The notes under the pieces were generated by a model. The model saw nothing but the letters and a program-made list of their open reading frames with translations. It was not told the origin of the DNA and did no database searches. The position numbers and the translations under genes are program-made. Source: Chrysochromulina tobinii (taxonomy: Eukaryota). From it: 33,922 bases of DNA. Shown piece by piece: positions 1-10,400 of the stretch (its first letter is position 1; every line of letters starts with the position of its first letter). The stretch spans positions 1-33,922 of the forward strand of contig JWZX01002180.1 in NCBI GenBank assembly GCA_001275005.1, given 5' to 3'.

Positions 1-3000
1 GGCGTAACGCACGCTCGCGAGGGTGGGGCGAGCGCCGTCGCGGGCACGGGCGCCGTCGCGGGCAGCGCGCGCGCGTGCAGCTTCCCGCCCTTTTCGCTCT
101 CCCTCAGCGAGAGCAGCAGCGCCGAGTCGCCCAACACGGCGCCGCCGCTCACGCCGGCGCTCGCCGAGGGAGGCGCACCGGACGGCGCTCAATACGGCGC
201 TCAATATGGCGCTCAATACGGCGCTCATGCCGCTCGGGACGGCGCTCCGGACGGTGACACGCGTACTTGGGACGAGGGCGATGACGAGGAGGAGCGAAGG
301 GAACGGAACGATCTCGTGGCCGAGATGGAGGCGGAGGCAGCGCCGTATCGGGCGGAGGCAGCGCCATATCGGGCGGAGGCAGCGCGGTATCGGGCGGAGG
401 CAGCGCCGGTGCTCGCGGCGCCGGCAGCGTCGCCGGCAGCGGCCGCGGCCGACCACGAGAGGCGCCGTGCTGAGCAGTCCGCGGCCGACCACGAGAGGCG
501 CCGTGCTGAGCAGCTCGAGAGGCGGCTTGAGGTCGCAGAGGCGCTTGCACGCGAGGCCGAGGGAGCGCTCTCGTCGGAGCGAGATCGGATCTCCGAGATG
601 GCATCTGCGCTCTCCTCGGAGCGAGATCGCTGCGATGGGCTGGTCGCGCTGCAGGGCGCCATGTCCAAGCGCCACGCAGAGCAGACGGAGGAGCTGCAGA
701 TGGCGATCGCGCTGATGCGCGAGGAGCTCATGGGCGTCGAGGAGCGCGCGCTGATGACCTCCTCCATCAACGAAGCTCGCGAGCGACAGCAGCTCGACAC
801 GGCGCGCCTCGGCCAGCATGCCTGTGCTCACCACGGCGCCTCGCCATCCCCACAGGTGCGCGCCCAGCTCGACGCGCTGCGCCTCGGCCAGCAGGCAGCC
901 AGCCGCGAGGTTGCAATCTCCCGCCAGGAGGCGAGCGATCTCCGAGCCGAGCTCGAGCAGCTGCGCACGGCGCTCGAGGCCGAGGGAAAGTTCCCCACAG
1001 GGGCGGCGACGGCGACGGGCAGGCGGCTGCCGTCGGTGGCAGAGGTGCGCGAGTCGCTCCTGACGCCCCCCTCCGCGGCGCTCGGCTCGGCGTCTTCACA
1101 GCCGGGCTCGTCGTCTTCACAGCCGGGCTCGTCGTCTTCACAGAGCCTCGAGCGCGCGGTGTGGACGCAGCAGGTCCACGAGGCGCTCACGCAGTCGGCA
1201 GAGCGGCGCACGCGCAGCCTGAGGCGCCAGTCCCCTTCAAAGCGCGCCGTCGTGGGCGTCTGGGCCACGCCGCCGCGCGAGGCGTCGTCGTGGGCGGCTC
1301 GGCACGGGGCCGCGGCCGACGACGAGGACGTGGCCGACGTGCCCACCACGACGCCCCAGGTGCCCGACTCGCCGCTGCTGCGCCTGCTGGCTGACGCAGC
1401 GAGAGCGCTTCGAAACACGTCGACGGCGACGCCCCCGGCCACGTGTACGAGGTCGTTCGCTGCGCTCGCCTCCGGCAAGGTGAGTCCGACGCGTGGTGAA
1501 CCGGCCAGGCAGCCGCCATCGAGCAGCCGCCATCGCGACGCCCAGCGCGGCGCGGGCGAGGCGGCGGCGACGGGTGGTACGCCGGAGGTGCAGGCGCTCC
1601 TGCGCCACTCGATGCTCGAGGCTGCCGAGCAGTGGCATCAGACCGAGGTGCTGCGTGGGCAGGTCTTTGAGCTCACGGGCCAGATTGTCGATCTCACGCG
1701 CCAGCTCGAGGAGGCGCAGCGGCGTGCGAAGGAGGCGGCCGCGCGCACGGCCGCGCTCGAGGCGAGCGCGCACGAGAACGCGGCGATGATCCAGGCCGCC
1801 GCGGAGGCCGCGCTCAGGACGGCGCGCGAGCAGGAGGCGGTGCGCGCGGCGGAGTTGGAAGATCGAGTGGCGCGCGCCCGCCGGCAGTCGATGGACACGC
1901 AGCAGAGCTGTGAGTCGGCGACGGAGGCGGCGCACCGGGCGCGCGCGGCGGCGGCCGCGGAGGTGGCCAGGGCGCACGACGAGCTCGCTGTGGCCAAGGA
2001 GGTGGCTGAGGCGGCGGCGAGCTCGGCACGGCGCGAGGCCGCCGCGCAGGCGACGTTGGCAGCGAAGGCGATCGAGGAGGCGCGCCGTATCGAGCAGGAG
2101 GCGCGCCGTATCGAGCAGCGCGCCGAGGCGGCGGTGGCGGCCGCGCGGGAGGAGGTTTCGTCAACGAGGGAGGAGGCGACGGCGGAGCTCGCTCGATTGC
2201 GTCGCGTGATGGCGGCGGCCGATGAGCTGCGCAAGGAGGAGGCCGAGAGGCAGGCGATCGAGGCGGACGAGAGGGTGCGCGAGGCGCGCGAGGCGGCAAG
2301 CCAGGCGCTGCAGGAGGCCGCCGCCGCCGAGCGACGGGCCCGCGACGACGCGGAGCGCACCAAGGCGGCGTTGCACGAGGCGCAGAGCGCGATGAGCCTC
2401 GCGGTGGCGCGTCATGCGTCGGCCGGCCAGGTGGCGCACGAGATCGCGCTGCGTGCCGAGGTGGCCATGGACCGCGGTGACCAAGCTGCCCGTGCGGCGG
2501 TGCTGGCTGCTCGGGAGGACGCGTCGGAGGCGCACGAGATGGCGCACGCGGTCACCGAGCAAGCGAAGAGACTCGTCGCGCTCGCGCACGAGGATACCGT
2601 CTCCTTCCTCGCGCGCCAGCAGGAGGCCGCCTCGCGCGAGCACGCGCAGGTGCTTGGAGCTTGCGCTGTTCCGTCTGGAGAGGACCACTGATGAGCCCTG
2701 ATGAGCCCTGATGACCCCTGATGACCCCTGATGAGCCCTGATGACCACTGATGACCCCTGATGACGCAGGTGCTTGCGGCGATCCGTCTAGAGATGCTCG
2801 AGGCGCGCGAGGGCGCCGAGGCGGAGGTGCAACGAGCTCAGGCGGAGGTGCAGCGAGCTCAGAAGCTCGTGATCGAGGCGCGCGAGGGCGCCGAGGCGGA
2901 GGTGCAGCGAGCTCAGGCGGAGATGCAGCGAGCTCAGGCGGAGGTGCAGCGAGCTCAGGTGGAGATGCAGCGAGCTCAGGCGGAGATGCAGCTGGCGAGG

Positions 3001-5502
3001 GACGAAGCCATTGACGAAGCCGTGGCAAGCGTGCGGCGCGAGACGCACACCGCGTACTGCAAGGCGAAGCTCAAGTGGGAGGAGCAGACGCAGGCGGCGG
3101 AGCGCTCGTTTGCCGCTGCTCTCGACGAGGTGCGCGCCCAGCTCGGCGCGGAGCGCGAGGCGAGCGCGGCGCATGCATGTGCTCACCACGGCGCCGCGCC
3201 TTCCCCACAGGTGCGCGCCCAGCTCGGCGCGGAGCGCGAGGCGAGCGCGGCGCATGCGGACGGGCAGCTCTCGGCCGCTCTCGATCCACTTCGAGCGGAC
3301 CTCGAGCAGGTGCGCTGATTGCCTCTGATTGCATGTGATTGCGTCCCTCATCAGATCCACTTCGAGCGGACCTCGAGCAGGTGCGCTGATTGCCTCTGAT
3401 ATTCTCGGATTGCCTCTGATTGCCACTGATTGCCACTGATTGCCACTGATTGCCTCTGATTACATGTGAGTGCCTATGATTGCGTCCCTCATCAGAAGTC
3501 CCTCCTCGAGCAGGTGCGCGTCGCGCTGAGCAAGAAGGAGGAGCGCTGTGCCGAGCTGGCTGAGCAGGCAAGCGCCGTCTTCACAGCTCTCAGCGCGCAT
3601 AAGGATCGATCTCGCGCCGAGCTCGAGCGCCTTAAGGCGGAACACACGGAGGAGCTGACGAAACTCCAGTCGGAGCGGACGAAACTCCAAACGGAGAGCG
3701 CGGACGCTAGAGAGGCGTTGGAGCTGACGAAACTCCAATTGGAGGCGGCGGGCGCCGAGGCGCGCGAGCTCGCGACCGAGCTCAAGCAGGCGCGCGACGA
3801 GGTGGCAATGGCGAGCTCGTTTTCCCACTGGCGGTGCACTCGGATGAACGAGCTCCACGCCGAGGCGCTCGAGGCGGCGCGCGCGGACGGTGCGGCCGCC
3901 GCGAGCGCGGTCGCGCAGGCGGAGGCGAAGCTCGAGGCGGCGCATGCCGCGGAGCTCGCCACGCTGTCGGCGCAGCATCGCACGCTTGAGCGCGAGTACA
4001 GGGCGGCGCTCGCGACGGCGCGTGCCGAGGCGCACGCGGCGGCGGCGGAGGACGTGGAACGCTTCCGCGATCTCGCGGCGGAGGCGCAGGCGGCGCGTGA
4101 TGAGGCGATCGAGCGCGCCAACGGCCTCGCCGCCAAGCAGACGGCGATGCTGCAGCAGCTCAAGGCGGCGACGCTCGCCGCGACGCGTGCCGCACAGGAG
4201 GCGGCGGACGCTCAATACAACGCGAGTGTGCGCGAGCACAAGGAGGCGCTCAGGACGGCGCTCGTCGACAAGGGGAAGCTGCAGGCCGAGCTGCTCGCCG
4301 CCGCCGAGCTGCTCGCCGAGCGAACGGCCATGGAGAAGGACAGTGGCTCGGCGGCCGTCGCTGCGGCCGCGGCCGCGCATACGGCCGCGACTCAGGCGCG
4401 CAAAGAGCTCGAGGAGGCCGAGGCGAGACTCACGGCCGAGGTGGAGCGTACGGCGTTGGCGACCGAGCGGGCGGCGACACAGGCGGAGCGCGCGCTGCGA
4501 GAGGCCGAGCGCGCGGCGGCGGCCGACGCCAAGGCGGACTTGGCCAGCGCGCGAGCGGATGCGGCCGAGGCAAACTCGCAAGGGCTACGCGCTCAGCTGG
4601 AGGAGCTGCGACGCCAAGCACAGGCGGCGCAGCGTGCACATGAGCACGAGCTGGACGAGGTGCGCCGGCAGCAGGCGCAGGCGGCCGAGGCGGCGGCGGC
4701 GGCGGAGCAGCTCGAGCTCGCCGTCCAGCAGCAAGCGTGGCTGACGGAAGTCGCCGCTCGAGCCGCCTCGTCGACGCCGAACTTCGAGCATACGCCCGGC
4801 ACGACGCCCGCGCCGCCCGGCACGCCGCCGCCACGTTCGACGTCGGTGGCGCTGCGCACATTCCAAGGGTCCGCGCGCCCGGGCTCGCCGTTGGCGCTGC
4901 CCACATTTCAAGCGCCGTTCGCGCCGGCCACGCCGGAAGCGCCCGGCACGGCGCCTGCAGCGCTCCGCCGCCGTGTGAACGATGCCGAGGCGCGCGCACT
5001 CATGGCGGAGCGTCGCCTTGCCGCGCTCGAGGCGTCGACGGAGAGCACGCTCGCCGAGCTCGAGGCCGTCGCGCTTGAGGAGGAGCAAAAGGCGCGGCTG
5101 GCCGAGGAGCGGCGACACGTGGCGGAGCGCCAGCTGCACGCGCTCGAGCGCCAGCTGGGAGCGGCCGAGGGGCAGCATGCGGAAGCGATCGCGAGCCTCG
5201 AGACGCAACTCCGAAACGCCCACGAGCGCGTGCGACACGCCGAGCAGCGCTGTGAGCAGCTCGCGTTCGAGACGCAGCAGGCAACTGCCAAGGCCGCTGC
5301 CGAGGAGAGCGCTCGGCAGCACGTGCAGGAGCGCGCCGAAGCGAGCGAGGCGCGCCTCGGGCGGCTCGAGGCGCACTCGCTCGTCCGGCAGCGCGCGCGC
5401 GAGGAGGCGAGCAGCGGCGGCAGGCAGCGGAGCTCGCGCCTCACTCACGCACGAGCACCACAGCCTGCCTCACCACAGCCTGTCTCACCACAACCTGGGT
5501 AG
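1..5502 (+). CDS. Large Ala/Glu/Arg-rich coiled-coil protein, multi-exon, 5'-truncated by the window
   Basis: Frame 1 is open from base 1 into ORF 316..2691. ORFs 316..2691, 2761..3318 and 3466..5502 join in frame after removing GT-AG segments 2650-2769 and 3310-3513 (HAQ|VLAAIR, LEQ|VRVALS). Heptad-like EAAR-rich sequence. The 3' end is uncertain. Confidence 0.75.
802..855 (+). other. Putative GC-AG intron (54 nt, phase 0) carrying cassette type B
   Basis: Ends ...TGTGCTCACCACGGCGCCTCGCCATCCCCACAG|GTGCGC, nearly identical to the cassette ending at 3210. Donor position (ACG|GCGCGC) is inferred. In frame with no stop, so retention is possible. Confidence 0.45.
2650..2769 (+). other. Spliceosomal intron (120 nt, GT-AG, phase 0) with a 10-nt CTGATGA(C/G)CC minisatellite
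   Basis: CAG|GTGCTT...ATGACGCAG|GTGCTT. Contains an in-frame stop, and its removal fuses two coiled-coil ORFs in frame. Confidence 0.8.
2821..2991 (+). repeat. Coding 21-nt tandem repeats (AEVQRAQ) with a larger internal duplication
   Basis: GCGGAGGTGCAGCGAGCTCAG repeated about 7 times in two blocks, each preceded by EAREGAE. Confidence 0.85.
3130..3210 (+). other. Putative intron (81 nt, GT-AG, phase 0): 47-nt perfect copy of the next exon plus cassette type B
   Basis: 3130-3176 is identical to 3211-3257, followed by ATGTGCTCACCACGGCGCCGCGCCTTCCCCACAG. Confidence 0.7.
3310..3513 (+). other. Compound intron (GT-AG, phase 0) with CTGATTGCC(T/A) minisatellite, cassette type A twice
   Basis: Two GTGCGCTGATTGCCTCTGAT...TGCGTCCCTCATCAG units (3310-3354, 3381-3495) separated by a 26-nt copy of the upstream exon end. 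Acceptors at 3495 and 3513 both restore frame. Confidence 0.8.
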
Positions 5503-5588
5503 ACCACCGGAGCTCAAGACGGCGCCATCGGAGCTCAAGACGGCGCCACCGGAGCTCAAGACGGCGCCTCACAACCTGGGTAGACCAC
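5489..5588 (+). repeat. Three 21-nt repeats flanked by direct repeat CACAACCTGGGTAGACCAC
   Basis: CGGAGCTCAAGACGGCGCC x3 between two copies of the direct repeat, which includes the ORF stop codon. Confidence 0.8.
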
Positions 5589-5913
5589 GCAGCAGCCACG
5601 CAGGCTCCCCAGAGGCTTGCGGTTGCACTTGCTGCTTGCGGCCACACGTGGGCAACTCACGATCAATACGTTATCGGCGCGTTTAGACTTAGCACCCTGA
5701 AGTAGACTCAAAGTGTTGGCTGTTGGCGTTTATATACCCGACCGTGACATTGCCCACGCACAGGTATAGTGGGTCAGCGTACATGTACCAACTTGACTTG
5801 ACTTCGACTTGACAGGGCCGAGTTCAATTTTGTGTCGCCCGCGTGCGATTCTCATTCTGTCCCCACAGAATGGCGCTTGGCGGCCCTAATACGGGCGTGG
5901 CTTTGTGGGTGTC

Positions 5914-7047
5914 ATGAACGCGCTGGAGACTCTCGAGGCGCTCGACCACGCCACGCTCGCGCCGTTCGCCGCTCGCCTGACGCATCTCGCGGCGCGCGCC
6001 TGCTCGGACGGTGCCATCGCGCGAGCCGCGTTTCCCATCTTGGAGCTTCCTGACGCGTTGATTGCTCGAATTGTGAGCTTCATGCCGCCGCAGAAGCTGG
6101 CACTGATGGGAGCACTATCGAGCACCTTCCGCTCCCTTCACGTGCCCAACGCAGTAGCGGAGCGTGCGGCATGGCTCGAGCTCAGCACCTCGTATTACAC
6201 CTCGGAACGGGAGTATAAGACGGCGATCGACCTGATGCTCGGCGAGGAAGAGGTCAATCGGGGCTCGATGTTCGCGGAGCCCTTGCGCAAGCGACGCTCA
6301 CCGATCTGCGCCGCCAAGTTGCTCGACACCGCCTCGTTGCCATATAACCCCGGCGAGTTTGTATTCACCCTCACTTTGACTCTATGCGTGTTCTCAACGG
6401 AAGCAGTCCCCCCAACGATACCTGTGGCTCACGACGAATGGGACATCTACACTCATTCCAGCCTCTTGCCGGACTTCCCTCTTGATCTCAAGGCGGCCAG
6501 ATACCTTTCCAATCCACATGCGACCATGGACAAGGAACTCCGTCAAAACTACGGGCCGGCCCATGTTGCCGTTCAAGCGCGCCTTTTTGTGACGCACTCC
6601 GAGACGGGCAAATGGGTCGAGCTCTTCCAAGGGCCGCTGAGTGACGAACATTATTATGATGATTTCGAAGTTCCTCCAACTGAGTTGGATGTTGATGTGA
6701 CGCACCTGATACCATTGAAGCGAGGTGATCACGTCCATACCTTTTTCGAGCGCATCGGCGATCGTTACGATGCAGGCTCACTCACTATGTTCTACATCAA
6801 CTTGTGCAGCCACGGCGTCGAGTACCGAGACACCGAGTCTAACTCCGAGTACGACGCCGATGAGCTCGAAGGGGAAGCCGACGCTGAGACAGAGAAGCAA
6901 CGTGTGACTCTTGGCATGTGGTCGGAGGTGCGATTCCCCTTCGATATGTACCAAGAGGCATTGAACCGTCAGGAGTACGAGCGCGGCAGGATCCATCCTG
7001 CACTTGTGAAGCTACTGCGCAGCATCGAGTTTGACTCGATGGCGTGA
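5914..7047 (+). CDS. F-box domain protein
   Basis: PILELPDALIARIVSFMPPQKLALMGALSSTFRSL matches the F-box pattern (LPxE/D..I..F L....L....V(S/C)+.F). First ATG at 5914. C-terminal region not recognised. Confidence 0.7.
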   Translation: MNALETLEALDHATLAPFAARLTHLAARACSDGAIARAAFPILELPDALIARIVSFMPPQKLALMGALSSTFRSLHVPNAVAERAAWLELSTSYYTSEREYKTAIDLMLGEEEVNRGSMFAEPLRKRRSPICAAKLLDTASLPYNPGEFVFTLTLTLCVFSTEAVPPTIPVAHDEWDIYTHSSLLPDFPLDLKAARYLSNPHATMDKELRQNYGPAHVAVQARLFVTHSETGKWVELFQGPLSDEHYYDDFEVPPTELDVDVTHLIPLKRGDHVHTFFERIGDRYDAGSLTMFYINLCSHGVEYRDTESNSEYDADELEGEADAETEKQRVTLGMWSEVRFPFDMYQEALNRQEYERGRIHPALVKLLRSIEFDSMA

Positions 7048-7478
7048 GTCATTCGTGCGTTGTATCGTGCGTGTGCGGATACAAGCTCAACGCCGCTGTT
7101 TTCCGTGATACTTGTACAGCATTGAGAGTGCACATGATAGAAAAGTTTGTCTTTTGTCTCACCGGACCTACTACCTAACGAGGCGGGCGACTTAAGCGGG
7201 CGACCATCCTTCGTAACATCCTTCGGGCGACTAGCGAACTCCCCCTTGGCAGAGGGCGGTTCGTTGAGAGTGCGCATGATAACATCTGCTAAACATCTGC
7301 CATCTAGATCACATGATGATTAGCAAGTAATATATTCCTGCCAGAGCGTTCAACTTGGGGTGGGGGTTCCTCTTGCATGCATCCAAAAAGAAACGCGAAA
7401 CAGAAATCGTAACAGGAAATCCGCTGCGTATGCACGCATTGGACGTCATCGCCGTCAAGTATCAGAAGCTCATCTCTG

Positions 7479-10400
7479 ATGGTGGCGCCGTCTCCTCCGT
7501 ATCCGCAGCGGACGCAATCGCCGACAAGTAGCAGGACCTCATCTCCATCAGCAGTCAAGGGCTCGCGTGCTCATCTCTTGGTGGCCCAGAGCCTATTCAA
7601 AGCTGTGTCCAAGGGAGCCGACCGCATCTCGATGGAGGCGATGAAGGCTCACCTACGTGAGCGTGGTGATGTGCCTGATGAGTTGCTCGACAGCGTAGTC
7701 AGCGCGCTTGATATCAACGGCGATGGCGAGATCGACCTGCATGAGTTTTCGCAAGGATGGGACACGGTGGCAGTCGAGAAGGCAGCGGCCGAGAAGGCAG
7801 CGGCTGAGAAGGCGGCGGCCGAGAAGGCGGCGGCGGCTGAGAAGGCGGCGGCTGAGAAGGCGGCGGCCGAGAAGGCCGAGGCGTCCGAGAAGGCGGCGGC
7901 CGCCGCGGCCACATACGATCCGAAACTCGTACAGCAGCAAATGAAGGAGATGGAGGCGGCCAAGGCGGCCGAGGCGACACGCAAGCAGCGCGAGGAGCTC
8001 GAGTACACTCGCGAGGCGATTCGACGCTCAGAGGAAGCGCAGCGTCTCAAGAAGCTGGCCGAGGAGGAAGAGGCTGAGAAGAAGAGAGTGGAGGAGATCG
8101 CCGCAGTTCGTCACAAGATGCTGATCTCGTCGGCCATGCCTCTACCTCTGCCACCGCCGCCGCCAGAACTACTCGTACCCGCTTCAGCCGCCACGGCGCC
8201 CGCCTCTAACAAGGCGGCAGCCGAGGAGGCGGCGGCCGAGAAGGCGGTGGCGCCCATGAAGGCAGCTGAGAAGGCAGCAGCTGAGAAGGCGGCGCTGGAC
8301 GAGTCCAAGGAGACGGCGGCGGAAGCGAAGGAGGAGGCAGCGAAGGAGGAGGCTACTAAGGCCGCTGCGGCCGAGGAGGGCGACGCTGCGGCAGCGGCGG
8401 CGCTTTCAAGGGCGATGGAGGCGGAGGCGCGCGCGGCGGCGGCGGAGGCGCGCGCGGCGGCGGCGGAGGCGCGTGCGGTGGAGGCAGAGGAGCGCGCTCG
8501 CCAGGCAGAGGTGAAGGCGGTCACCGCCTCTGCGGAGGCGGCGGCCGCCGCGGCAGCCCTCCTCGCCTCCACGCCACTGGTGCCAGATGCGCCAGTGGAT
8601 GCCTCACCGACGACCAGTGGTGCCCCTCCGGCAGGTGCCGCCCCGGCTGTAAAGAAGGTGGCGGCGGCGGAGAAGGCGGCCGCGACCGAGAAGGTGACGG
8701 TTGTCGAGAATGTGGCTGTTGAGAAGGCGGCGGCCGAGATGGCCGCAGCTGATAAGGCGGCCGATGAGAAGGCCCTGGAAAGGGGAGCAGCGGCGCTGGC
8801 AACGGAGGAGGCGGCGGCAAGGGAAGCTGCCAAGGGGGCCGTGGCGCCCGTGCAGACCGTGATCGCTCAGAGTGTCCCAACCGTCTCAAGACCATCCTCC
8901 GCCGAGTTGCTGGCAAGGGAGGAGGCAGCGCTCTTGGTCGAGCTTGCAAACGCTCAGAAGGCTCTCGCCGAGGCCGAAGCCGTCGAGAAGGCACTGGTCG
9001 AGGCTGCGGCGGCGGAGGCGGCAGCGGAGGCGGCGGCGGAGGCGGCAGTAGCGGCCGCCATCGTCCAAGCGGCCGCGCGGCGCTGGTTGGTGGGCTTCCG
9101 CGAGAGGCGACGGCTCGCAGCGCTCGAGGCGGCGGCACCGGCGCAGGTATCTCAACCAGCACTGCAAGCTCCCGAAAGGCCCCAAACCCCTGCCGAGGTC
9201 GTCGTGCAGGCGGTGATCGCTCAGAGTGTTCCAGCCGTCTCAAGACCATCCACCGCCGAGTTCATGGCAAGGGAGGAGGCAGCGCTGATGGTTGAGCTTG
9301 CAAACGCTCAGAAGGTTCTCGCCGAGGCCGAAGCCGCCGAGAAGGCACTGGTCGAGGCTTCGGCGGCGGAGGAACTCAATCATTTCGAGGCACAATTGGA
9401 GGTCGAGGAGGCGACAGTCACAGTACCTTCTGCCACCACAGAAGTAGAGGTCCTGGCAGGGGCGACGGCGGCAGCGCCTACTGAGGTAGTGGCGGCGATT
9501 GTCGCAGCGCCTGCTGCCACCGCTGAGGGGGCGGCAACCGAAAAGGTGGCCGCGGCCGAGAAGGTCGCAGCAGCCGAGGAAAACGCGACGGCCGAGAAAA
9601 AAGCGCTGGCCGAGAAGGCGACGGAGATAGAAAAGGCGGCGGCCGAGGCGAAGGCGGCCGCTGAGACAGAGAAGGTGGCTGTGGCCGAGAAGGCGGCAGC
9701 TCAAAAGGCGGCGGCCGAGAGAGCGGCGGCCGAGAGGGCGGCGGCGGCCGAGAAGGCGGCAGCCGAAAGGGCGGTGGTGGCCGAGAAGGCCGCGGCCGAA
9801 AAGGCGGTGGCCGACAAGGTAGCGGCCGAGAAGGCAGCAGCCGAGAGGGCAGCAGCCGAGAGGGCGGCGGCCGAGAGGGCTGCGGCCGAGAAGGCAGCGG
9901 CCGAAAAGGCGACGGCCGAGAAGGCGGCGGCCGAGAAGGCGGCGGCCGAGACAGCGGCGGCGGCGGCACGTGAGGTGCTGGTGGAGGCGACGGTGCAGTG
10001 GGTGATGGCAGAGGCGCTGCAGTTGGAGGCACGGAGGCAGATGGAAGAGAGGCAACGAAGGGCTGCGGCGGCAGCGGCGGGCCGTCGAAAAGTGCACAAG
10101 GCGGCACATGCCATCCGTGCGACGATTCGAATGCATGCCCTAGCAGAGGAGACGAGGGCCATTTCGAGGGCCGAAAAGGCTGTGCTCATTCGCAAGCTCG
10201 CGCTCGAAGAGTCTGCCTACGCTCTCGCCGTCGTCTGGGACCTCGCAATGAAGGAGTGTGATCTGTTGGCCGCCGAGAGGGTGGCAGCCGAGGCCGCAGC
10301 GGCTGAGGCAGCGATGGAGTCCGATCCCAAGATGAGGGCGCTCTTCGACAAGATTCTGACGGAGCCGAGTCTCGAGGGCACAACGCTCGTCGACATGATG

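Noticed and set aside
1480..1560. Canonical-looking donor AAG|GTGAGT in gene 1
   Set aside because: Frame stays open, and there is no clear acceptor or cassette to support an intron.
2688..3495. CRISPR-like array
   Set aside because: Repeats are contiguous 10-mers without unique spacers, lie inside predicted eukaryotic introns, and there are no cas genes.
23..5686. Many overlapping Arg/Pro-rich alternative-frame and antisense ORFs (also throughout the window)
   Set aside because: Expected shadow ORFs in very GC-rich coding DNA; no motifs.
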